NCBI GenBank assembly: GCA_965213925.1
Contig: OZ243927.1
Location: 3,968,001 to 4,032,000, forward strand
DNA: 64,000 bases
From: Trueperaceae bacterium
GTDB lineage: Bacteria > Deinococcota > Deinococci > Deinococcales > Trueperaceae
Direction of reading: 5' to 3'
Shown: positions 10,154 to 18,278 of the stretch, piece after piece
Position numbering within the stretch: the stretch's first letter is position 1
How the letters are laid out: every line of letters begins with the position of its first letter
Position numbers and translations under genes: made by a program
Notes under the pieces: generated by a model
Databases searched by the model: none
What the model saw: the letters and a program-made list of their open reading frames with translations, nothing else
Told to the model about the DNA's origin: nothing

Positions 10154-10870
10154 AGCAAAATCGGTTGACGCGCCCTTCTCCGAGTGAGAGGTGAAGGGGT
10201 TTTGGGGTGTAGCGCGGCGTCGCGCCCGCGTCAAAACGGATTTTCACCTCTTTTGATAATGTTTCTCTCAGAGAAACGTGCGGCGAGCGTCCAAATGCCT
10301 TCAAAAACACGCCGACCCAAATAAAAAGACACCTCTCCTTAATACTTTAGACGTTCTTTAGCAAAGTCAAAATCTTTTCGTTTTCTAAAGCGTAGCGTTC
10401 TTTAGGCGCTCTTTAGCGAGGCTTATCTTCTTAACGCTTCTTTGAGCTTGGAGGTTGAGGCTACACTGAGCCCTAGCGCCAAGCGTAAACGCTCGGACTA
10501 GAGCGCGATGTGGTGAGCAGTAACGCTTCCCGTCGCCCATCGGCGTCAGCCACAGTAGCAGCCGCTTGTGCGACCTCCCCCTCTGCTACGACCCAACGGT
10601 AGGGGGTTGGTGAAATCACCGCGAAAGCGCACTGCTGTCTAAGGTCTCAACCTCTTACCAACTGCGTCTCGCGAACAGGGGTGCCTTTATCGGACACAGC
10701 TTCTTGCTGCCACCGCGTCAAGGACTTGGGCGAGTATTCTCTAGCCCCCTGCGGGCTTGCCACTATAGTAGAGGTCTGGCTCCCTAAAAGCTGTGAAACT
10801 TTCAGGGAGGTTTCAATCCCAAGTACCGCAATTCAGAATTCTGTAACACTGTTTTATATATGCTAAAAAA

Positions 10871-11026
10871 ATGAAAACTGTCGCGTTCTTAATAGTAATG
10901 ATGGCTTGCGGATTCCTCGGAATGTCAATAGGTTTGAGCGCTGGATTTGGTGAGCTAGGTTTAGTATTGGGCTTGAGCGTAGGAGCATGGATCAACAAAA
11001 GCGCTAAGTTTGACAATCAAATATAA
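10871..11026 (+). CDS. Small hydrophobic protein (51 aa), not in the ORF track
   Basis: MKTVAFLIVMMACGFLGMSIGLSAGFGELGLVLGLSVGAWINKSAKFDNQI*; two Gly-rich hydrophobic segments. Confidence 0.45.
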   Translation: MKTVAFLIVMMACGFLGMSIGLSAGFGELGLVLGLSVGAWINKSAKFDNQI

Positions 11027-11324
11027 ATTGCACACGTCCATTTACTAACTGTTGAAGATGACGTACTGGACGTGCTCGAGCGTCCGGGTAAGCCTCAAGC
11101 ATATGCCGTTGCTATGCCGTTTGTACTCGTGAAAGCAGGCTTGGAGTTCGCTTAGGTATCGGTCTCTCGACCACTTACTGAGGTCCTCATTATCTACAGC
11201 TTCGAGCTTCCGGGAAGCGTAAACAGCGCCGGTCCGGGTTCGGCACGGGTCCTTTGCTCTTTCCCAAATTAAATCTAGCTATATCGCTGCTAAAACAGGT
11301 AAGCTCCAGCGCAGTCCGCTGAGC

Positions 11325-11816
11325 TTATAACCCTAGCGCCTCTCGCATCAGCCCAGCCTCGGGAACGTAGCCGGGCATAACCTGGAGGATTTGCCCTTTC
11401 TGGTCTACCACCATAAACGCAGGTACGCCTTGCAAGGACGCCTCGTCATAGAACGCCTCGTCCGGGTCGAGGTAGGCGGTGTCCGTGAAGCTCGAGGCGA
11501 AGTCCGCGCAACTCTCGCGGCTGTCTGCGCCGACGACGACAGCCATAGGGATGCCGTCACTCAACAACTCGGCGCTGAGCGTCTGAATCATCGGTCTCGC
11601 CGCGTGGCAGTGTGGACACCAGGGCGCGACGTAAACGACGAGGCAGCGCCGAGCCTCGCAGCGAACCGCGCTCTCTTGCTCGGGCTGCTCAGCCGCCGAG
11701 AAGCGCTCTAAGGTCAAGGTGGGTAGCATCTGCTGACCTGTCCATGAAGCGGGCAGCGGGGCAAAAAGTAAGGCGAAAGCGGCGAGCACGGAGACGGCGG
11801 CGATAGCGCGTAGCAT
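11325..11816 (-). CDS. Exported thioredoxin-fold (TlpA-like) oxidoreductase
   Basis: Signal-like N-terminus, WCPHC, GVP cis-Pro loop. Confidence 0.8.
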   Translation of the reverse strand: MLRAIAAVSVLAAFALLFAPLPASWTGQQMLPTLTLERFSAAEQPEQESAVRCEARRCLVVYVAPWCPHCHAARPMIQTLSAELLSDGIPMAVVVGADSRESCADFASSFTDTAYLDPDEAFYDEASLQGVPAFMVVDQKGQILQVMPGYVPEAGLMREALGL

Positions 11817-11931
11817 ACCGAGCAGGGTAGCGCAGCCCGTCTCACAGAAACCTTACAGCGCGGATAGAGTAAGACTTTTGTAAGAGCCTCTCCGCTAAGC
11901 TCCAGGTCGAAATTCTTTTGGAGGATGCGAT

Positions 11932-12309
11932 GTGAACAAACTTTTTTCGATGCAGGGTAGGTTAGGTAGAGGCAATTACTTCTTGATCTCAGTCGTGGCG
12001 TTTCTCATTTATATCTTGGTCCTGTTTTTCGTTGGGCTGGCACTAGGCACTGCTTTGTCCGAGGAAGAGCTGACGATGTTTTCTAACGTTCTTATGATTC
12101 CCTATATCATCGTCATTGCGGTGGCGAAGGTTAAGCGCCTGCACGACCTTGACCGCCCCGGCGCTCACTACTGGCTTCAGCTCATTCCGATATACGGGCT
12201 CTACCTCGAGCTTCTTCTATTGCTTAAACCAGGCACAGAGGGAGAGAACCGCTACGGTCCTGGCTCTACGCAGCCACAGACAGTGAGCGACGAGGTATTG
12301 GCGGTCTAA
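11932..12309 (+). CDS. DUF805 family membrane protein
   Basis: GRLGRGNY, VKRLHDLDRPG, GTEGENRYGP. Confidence 0.9.
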   Translation: MNKLFSMQGRLGRGNYFLISVVAFLIYILVLFFVGLALGTALSEEELTMFSNVLMIPYIIVIAVAKVKRLHDLDRPGAHYWLQLIPIYGLYLELLLLLKPGTEGENRYGPGSTQPQTVSDEVLAV

Positions 12310-12365
12310 GTCAGCGTTTTAGCCACTGCTGAAGCGGCGGCTAAAGACAACGTATGTGGAGACGA

Positions 12366-12392
12366 GCCTGCTCTTAAAGAGCGGGCCTTTTT
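12366..12392 (+). terminator. Intrinsic terminator after DUF805 gene
   Basis: GCCTGCTCT-TAA-AGAGCGGGC followed by a T run. Confidence 0.6.
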
Positions 12393-12881
12393 GATGGCTA
12401 GGGCTGTGACGCTTCGTAAAGTGATGAGAACTCGCGTTGAAGAAACCTCCGTATGTGGCAGTGATCATTAGCTGCTCTAAATGGTATTTGAGCAACTCGC
12501 TTAACGCGAACAGGAACTCTACATTTCCCCATTCATCCTCCTTCTAACCTTCTACTCATAATAGAGATATGGCATATTTCACACTCAAAATTATTGACGC
12601 ACGAATGCCTCGAAAGCGTATCTAAAATGGTGTCAGAAATCGGAATATACAGAATAAACCATGTATATACGTCCAGCATCGCTTAGAAATTCTTGACTCT
12701 TCAACTATAACAAAGCTAAAAAGAGTGGCTTAGGTTCATTACGTTTCTCTCGGAGAAACTTACGTTTCTGACGGGTTTTATGAGAGGTCGCCTGCGCATC
12801 TTATGCGGCGTAAGAGGTGCTTTAAGGTGGAATGACTAAGGAGGAGGGAGTAAGAAGCAAACGAAAGGAGATAGAGATATT

Positions 12882-13103
12882 ATGCAATTTACAGAACGTC
12901 AAGATACGGACAAAAAAGGTCGGTCGTCGGAGAATGTGAGGCTGACGTATACCGTCGAAGAGGTAGCCGAGGCATTAGGCGTCGGCAAGAACACAGCCTA
13001 TGAGCTGGTGCGTTCTCAGCGTCTCAGAGCGGTCAAAATCGGCAGGCGCTACCTCATCCCTCAACAAGAGGTGGGGGAGTTTCTCGAGCGTGAGGCGGCG
13101 TAA
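12882..13103 (+). CDS. Excisionase-like HTH (HTH_17) protein
   Basis: TYTVEEVAEALGVGKNTAYELVRSQRLRAVKIGRRYLIP. Confidence 0.88.
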   Translation: MQFTERQDTDKKGRSSENVRLTYTVEEVAEALGVGKNTAYELVRSQRLRAVKIGRRYLIPQQEVGEFLEREAA

Positions 13104-13199
13104 TACCTGCCTCACACGCAACACCTTGTGCAACCTGTAAAAAGCACGTAATTTCTTAAACCCAAGACAATTCATTCAACCTTTGGAGGTCATACATCT

Positions 13200-15101
13200 A
13201 TGCACCTTAAAGACTCTATTGCCCAAAAGATGGCACAGCAGTTTAGCGACGAGTTTACCCGGCATCCCGCCGCCCACATCGAGTGCGTCTCTAACGGCGC
13301 TGAGGGGAAAAAGGTAGTCACGAGGCATTATCCGCTCTCGGAGAAACGCATCTTGGAGCATCTGAACAGTTCAGACGCGAACGGTCAAAAGGGGGTTGGA
13401 GCGCGGGGCGTCTCCTTCACCTTCCCAGTGGAGGGCAGCGCTGGGAACGGAAAAAGTAAGTGGTACACCAACCGCATTGTTTTTGATTTCGACGACTTAG
13501 TCTTAGACTGGCTGAGCGACCTTGCCCACACGCTCGAGGGCAACGGTATCTACATCTACCTCACCAACGGCACGACGGGGCGCGGCGCACACGTCCATCT
13601 TCCTTTAGAAATCTCTATCCCGCAGCACGAGGCGTACAAGCTGGCAGAAGGATGTGCGGCGTTCTTCGCCGAGCAGGAGTTACCGCGCCCAGAGCTTTTC
13701 CCCTCACGCTCTCATCGTGAGAGCAAGGCTATTCTGCTTCCTTATCGCGGGGCAGCGTCTAGCAAGCACTTAGGATACGGCTATAACCCGCTGCTCGACC
13801 CCACCGAACTCACCCCCATCCCTATCCAGAATTTAGCGCAGCTCAACCGCACCTCCCTCGATGACTTACGGGAGTTCGTCAAAGCGGTCTCTAAACCCGC
13901 GCCGCGCGTGCGCTCAAAAGGGGCGCGGCGTCCGAGCACGCGACATAGCCACGCCGACCCAAATGCCGCGTGGCACGCCGAGCTAGAGCGTGTCGCCCCA
14001 GCGTGGCAGAAGGAGAAGCGGCAATACCTGACGCTCGCTCTGAGCCGCTACGGTCTTTACGACTTGGGGTTGCCTCTCGAGCAGGTTCAGAAGGATGTGC
14101 TCGAGCTGGCACGGCAAAAAGGCGACATCGAAATCAGAGAGAGGTCGAAAGCCATTACGGGAACGCGGGAGAAGATGCAGCGCGGGGAGCCTGTTAGCCG
14201 CAACAACTGGTACAAGAAGGCGGGGCTCGAGCCTCCGGGAAAGCCTGCGCCGAGCCAGGATGTTCTGGACCTCCTAACCGCCCTGGAGAACTTCCTTTTT
14301 GAACATCTGTGGCAGTGGAAACGCAGCGCGGCTCTTACCGATCTCCGGGTGTTACGGACGCTTATCTACGTCGCTCAGCAGCACGGCATCCTTCACGCTG
14401 ACGGCGTCGAGGTCTCTATCAGCCGACGTGAGCTGGCAGAGAGGGCAGGTGTAACCCTGAGTACGGCAAACTCTTCTACCTCGAGATTAAAGGCAAAGGG
14501 GCTCGTTCAGACGCAGCGAGCGGCATATAAAGGTGACGCAGACTCGGTCATTTTGATTTTGCCGCAAATTGACCGCTCCAACATTCTTAACGTTTCTCTG
14601 GAGAAACGTCCAAACACGAGAGGTTTACAGAGTTGTTCTTCGGAGAATCCCTACAAGGGGGGTAGAAAGAGTGTTCTAAGTAAAGGTGTTTGGCATAGCA
14701 TCGCGTGCCCTGTTCTTTTCAGTCAAAAGGGGCTCGGCATGTTGGCTGGACTTATCCTCGACGTGCTTATCCATCTCGGCGGACGTGCCCCTCACGCTCA
14801 GCTCGCCGAGGCGACAGGACGTAAAAGGCGGCAGCTCGACAAACCACTCAAGCGCCTCGTAGACTCCGGCTTGGTTCTCCGGGAAGGTCAGGAATACGTG
14901 CTGCCTGAGAACTTGCCTGCGGCGCTAAAGCGTGCTGCGGAGGTGACAGGTGCGCTCGAGGTGCAGACCAAGCGCAAAGCCTTACATGAGGTGGGACGCG
15001 CCAAGTATGGCGAGTTTTTAGAAAGGCAGCGGGCGGAACGTGAAGCGAGTAACAAGTCTAGGGATAGTGAGTCCGAAGTGGAACTTGCTGATGTGGCTTG
15101 A
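13200..15101 (+). CDS. Replication protein: AEP-type primase domain, PriCT-like helical domain and two winged-helix domains
   Basis: VFDFDD, TTGRGAHVH, ELFP..ILLP (AEP-like); SRRELAERAGVTLSTA and LAEATGRKRRQLDKPLKRLVDSGLV (HTH-like). Confidence 0.65.
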   Translation: MHLKDSIAQKMAQQFSDEFTRHPAAHIECVSNGAEGKKVVTRHYPLSEKRILEHLNSSDANGQKGVGARGVSFTFPVEGSAGNGKSKWYTNRIVFDFDDLVLDWLSDLAHTLEGNGIYIYLTNGTTGRGAHVHLPLEISIPQHEAYKLAEGCAAFFAEQELPRPELFPSRSHRESKAILLPYRGAASSKHLGYGYNPLLDPTELTPIPIQNLAQLNRTSLDDLREFVKAVSKPAPRVRSKGARRPSTRHSHADPNAAWHAELERVAPAWQKEKRQYLTLALSRYGLYDLGLPLEQVQKDVLELARQKGDIEIRERSKAITGTREKMQRGEPVSRNNWYKKAGLEPPGKPAPSQDVLDLLTALENFLFEHLWQWKRSAALTDLRVLRTLIYVAQQHGILHADGVEVSISRRELAERAGVTLSTANSSTSRLKAKGLVQTQRAAYKGDADSVILILPQIDRSNILNVSLEKRPNTRGLQSCSSENPYKGGRKSVLSKGVWHSIACPVLFSQKGLGMLAGLILDVLIHLGGRAPHAQLAEATGRKRRQLDKPLKRLVDSGLVLREGQEYVLPENLPAALKRAAEVTGALEVQTKRKALHEVGRAKYGEFLERQRAEREASNKSRDSESEVELADVA

Positions 15102-15396
15102 GGTCTATTCTGTATATGCAAATAAATATACTTTTAGTAAGCTCGCGTCTTTAGCTTCAAGAGGATAGACGCAGCGAGCGAAGCCCGCTGTCATAGGTAA
15201 ATGCCCATTTGACATGTACTTTAAGAATGAGCGGTCTCGAGAGGTGCACAGTGAAGACCTAAACCATTTTTATGAAGCAGTTCAACATCACTTTTTGGGG
15301 AGCTTTTGCTTGCGCCGCAGTATTGTGCCGAGATAATAGAGAGTCAAATTGCGTTTGGGGTCCATGCCCCCCCTACACCCAAAGACATTAAGAGGA

Positions 15397-15417
15397 GAGC
15401 GGGGACGAACCCCGCTC
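15397..15417 (-). terminator. Hairpin after the leftward small-ORF operon
   Basis: GAGCGGGG-ACGAA-CCCCGCTC. Confidence 0.5.
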
Positions 15418-15419
15418 AC

Positions 15420-15755
15420 TCACCCGCGCAGTCGTGACGCATGAATCTGCAAGTAGATGTGGTGCCATTTGGCTTCGGCAATCTCGACCTCACTCCGCGC
15501 ACGGCTGAGTTCTACCTCCACGTTGTGAAGCCAGTCGTGCAAAGAACCGTTCGCGCGATATACAGCAGCATTGTGTTCAATTGTGCTGTTCCACTTGGCA
15601 CCTCTTCTAACGTGAAAGGAAGTATATTGATACCAAGCATACTCGCATACGTGAACCGCCTTAGTATGTTCTATGAGCGCTGTACGCAACCTTGTTTTAG
15701 CTTTGGTGAGCGCGTCTGTGGCTTGCCTAAGTTGTTGGTCAAGAGGGTCGCTCAT
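15420..15755 (-). CDS. Hypothetical helical protein of the element
   Basis: 111-aa ORF with ATGA overlap to the upstream ORF and a hairpin downstream. Confidence 0.6.
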   Translation of the reverse strand: MSDPLDQQLRQATDALTKAKTRLRTALIEHTKAVHVCEYAWYQYTSFHVRRGAKWNSTIEHNAAVYRANGSLHDWLHNVEVELSRARSEVEIAEAKWHHIYLQIHASRLRG

Positions 15756-15967
15756 GCGAGCACCTTCGCTAAGACTCGCGTAGCCGCTTTGGCCGTTGCG
15801 TGGCGGCTTGGCTCGGTGCCGTAAGAACCGAGTACGCGCCGCTGAGTAAGGTCAAGGCGCTGCTTGAGTGTGCCAGCTTGTTGACCGTTGCGTAGGGGCG
15901 TGTAGCGCTTAGGAGAGTGCCAGGTATGACGCACTCCCGACAATCTACTGAGTTTGATATGCTACAT
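15752..15967 (-). pseudogene. Small ORF whose RBS-linked ATG (15967) is followed immediately by TAG
   Basis: Minus strand GAAAGGA-TTCAAC-ATG-TAG, in frame with the 15752..15943 ORF. Confidence 0.4.
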
Positions 15968-16038
15968 GTTGAATCCTTTCAACTGAGAGATTCCCAAAGG
16001 GCTCGAGGCTTTCCAGGCGTAAGCCCTTTGGGTAGCAT

Positions 16039-16084
16039 ACTCTATCACTTGTGATATATATAAGTCAACTACTTGTGATATACT
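16039..16084. promoter_or_regulatory. Divergent promoter region with operator sites
   Basis: Palindrome TATCAC-TT-GTGATA (16043-16056); direct repeat ACTTGTGATATA (16047, 16071); rightward TGnTATACT; leftward TTGACT-18-TAGAGT. Confidence 0.6.
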
Positions 16085-16090
16085 AGGGGT

Positions 16091-16342
16091 ATGGGGAGAG
16101 TTGTGTGGAAATTGCGAGCGTATCTAGGTGAACGAAACATCAAGCCGAGGGCGGTTGAGAACGAAGCGATAGAACTGGGCTATAGCTTTGGACGGAATAT
16201 GATCTACAGGCTGCTCAGAGATGATGGTCCTGTCAACGTTAATAGAGACACCTTAGCCGCTCTTATCGGGGCGCTGAGGAGTCTCACGGGACGCAAGGTG
16301 AAGGTGCAGGATTTGTTGGAGTACGAGGAAGGAAGCGACTAG
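16091..16342 (+). CDS. Cro/C1-type HTH regulator (HTH_26-like), probably leaderless
   Basis: WKLRAYL...DTLAALIGALRSLTG..V.VQDLLEY; ATG 6 nt after TATACT. Confidence 0.75.
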   Translation: MGRVVWKLRAYLGERNIKPRAVENEAIELGYSFGRNMIYRLLRDDGPVNVNRDTLAALIGALRSLTGRKVKVQDLLEYEEGSD

Positions 16343-16375
16343 CTCGAGGGGGACGAGACCGTTTAGGAGAACATT

Positions 16376-17518
16376 GTGGCGAGACGACGCGGTAAAGGTG
16401 AAGGCAGTATTTTTAAGCGCAAAGATGGCGTATGGCAAGGCGCAGTAACCGTCGGTTACACTGAGGAGGGCAAACAGAAGCGCAAGACGGAATATGGCAA
16501 GACTCAAGCCGAAGTGCGAGGTAAGATTGACGAGATTAAGCATCAGCTCGCAAGCGGTACATTCACTGATTCAAACTTCACGGTCAAAACGTATTTAGAG
16601 CGTTGGTTAGCGGAAAAGGCGCGTCAGGTTGAGAAGAGTACGATGGACTCCTACGAACGCCTCACGCGGCTTCACATCGTCCCACGTATCGGGAGAGTGC
16701 CGCTCGTCAAACTCACTGCTTTGCAGGTACAAAGCATGATGCGCGAGGTCTCAGAGGTCGCAGGCGTGCGCACCGCAAACGCCTGCCGCACTTTGCTCTA
16801 TAGCGTCCTCAAACAAGCAATGCGCTGGCAACTCGTGTCACGCAATGTCGCGGAGGCAGTAGACCCAATCAAGAAAGCCTCGCAAGAGATGGCGCTGTGG
16901 ACACCTGATGAGGCGGTACGCTTTTTAGACACAGCAAGCGGACATAGACTATACGCGGCGTTCTATTTAGCGATGTCTACAGGGTTAAGGCGCGGCGAGC
17001 TGTTGGGTTTACACTGGTCGGACCTCGAGGGGAACGTTCTCCACATTCGGCAGCAGCTCACTTACCGCGAGGGCACATTCGTCTTCAAGCAGACGAAGAC
17101 CGAACGCGGAAAGCGTCGCGTCGCCATCTCGGAGGATGTACTTGACGTGCTAGCGGACCACCGCAAGCGTCAGGATTCCGAAAAGCGATTCTTAGGCGAA
17201 GCGTGGGCAGATACCGACTTAGTTTTCACCTCAGAGGTAGGGACACCTATTCACCCTCGCAACTTCGACAGGACCTGGAAGCAGCTCAAGACGAAAGCAG
17301 GCGTGCCACAAGTAAGACTTCACGACCTGCGCCACCTTCACGTCTCGCTTCTAGTAAAGCAGGGCTTTGACCCCGCTACCATCGCCGACCGCGTGGGGCA
17401 TACTGACCCTGCGTTCACGTTGCGCAAGTACACCCACATGTTCGAAGAGCAGCGTCAAGCCGCCGCTATCGGCGTCAATGACCTGTTGAAAAGTAGGAAT
17501 CCCGGTGATGCAAACTGA
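16376..17518 (+). CDS. int: Tyrosine recombinase/integrase
   Basis: RRGKGEGSI N-terminus; TGLRRGELLGL, HDLRH, VGH, catalytic Y in YTH. Confidence 0.96.
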   Translation: MARRRGKGEGSIFKRKDGVWQGAVTVGYTEEGKQKRKTEYGKTQAEVRGKIDEIKHQLASGTFTDSNFTVKTYLERWLAEKARQVEKSTMDSYERLTRLHIVPRIGRVPLVKLTALQVQSMMREVSEVAGVRTANACRTLLYSVLKQAMRWQLVSRNVAEAVDPIKKASQEMALWTPDEAVRFLDTASGHRLYAAFYLAMSTGLRRGELLGLHWSDLEGNVLHIRQQLTYREGTFVFKQTKTERGKRRVAISEDVLDVLADHRKRQDSEKRFLGEAWADTDLVFTSEVGTPIHPRNFDRTWKQLKTKAGVPQVRLHDLRHLHVSLLVKQGFDPATIADRVGHTDPAFTLRKYTHMFEEQRQAAAIGVNDLLKSRNPGDAN

Positions 17519-17559
17519 ACCCTGTAGCTGTAGTTAAGCTGTAAATGGTGCTGAATGAG

Positions 17560-17590
17560 AAAGCCCCTAGCTAGGCTAGGGGTCTTTTTC
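17560..17590. terminator. Hairpin between convergent int and tRNA
   Basis: CCCCTAGC-TAG-GCTAGGGG with A/T tracts on the flanks. Confidence 0.65.
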
Positions 17591-17612
17591 TCTGTGCTAG
17601 ACGGGCTTTTCC

Positions 17613-17688
17613 TGGTGGAGCTGGGGGGATTCGAACCCCCGACCTCGTGAGTGCGATTCACGCGCGCTCCCAACTGCGCCACAGCCCC
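17613..17688 (-). tRNA. tRNA-Ala(CGC)
   Basis: 76 nt GGGGCTG...CAGCTCCACCA; G3:U70 pair; anticodon arm CGTGA-ATCGCAC-TCACG; TTCGAAT T-loop; encoded CCA. Confidence 0.96.
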
Positions 17689-18139
17689 AAGCGCCCATAA
17701 GTCTACCGCGCAGACGCAGGGGCGTCAAGCTAGGCGCGAACGAAAGCCAGGGCTTACGCGCATAGATTCGTGAGATCTTGTTTGCATTCGATTTATAACT
17801 TTTCAAGGGACAGAATTCAGCTTAATACCCTCTCTCAGCGAGTTCTGGTTCCGTTTCGAAAGGTTTACAGCGACCTCTCTCTGAGAATTAGCGTACATGT
17901 GTATGCCTTGCGAATGAAACTTGAATAGCGCACCTTCTCGAGCGTTCTGAATCATCGCCATTTTATGTAGCGCCTGAAAAATCCAAGCGAACTGAAGCGT
18001 TGAAACCTATTCTCCCCCTTTCGCAGTTCCCGTAAGCCAATTCACAACTTCACTATACCTTCAGACTCTTACAGAAATCTTACAGACCGAGTGACCTGCT
18101 CGGCTTAAACTACCACTATCACTGAGGGGAAAGACCCCA

Positions 18140-18220
18140 CCCCTCGGAAGCGATGATACCTAGACCCGCAATTTGGGCGCTTGGGACTAGGAGGAGCTAG
18201 TAGCGCAACCGGCCGAGGGT
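18140..18220 (+). ncRNA. c-di-GMP-II riboswitch
   Basis: CCCTCGG/CCGAGGG closing stem; GGAAGCGATGA, TTGGGCGCTTG, GAGCTAGTAGCGCAACCGGCC match the class II consensus; GCGC/GCGC pseudoknot. Confidence 0.85.
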
Positions 18221-18278
18221 AGCACTTTGCTATGCCCGGTACCTACATCGACTTCTTATGGGGTCAAGGGAGCAGAGT

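Larger units (their letters stand above)
12882..17612. mobile_element. Small integrative element at the tRNA-Ala 3' end (left boundary uncertain)
   Basis: Xis-like HTH, Rep/primase, HTH regulator and tyrosine integrase directly next to the tRNA 3' end; no virion or conjugation genes seen. Confidence 0.8.

Noticed and set aside
12739..12776. TTACG-N7-CGGAG as a Deinococcus RDRM (DdrO) box
   Set aside because: Poor match to the palindromic consensus; better explained by the element's own repeats.
17455..17806. ORFs overlapping the tRNA
   Set aside because: Shadow ORFs of tRNA-Ala.
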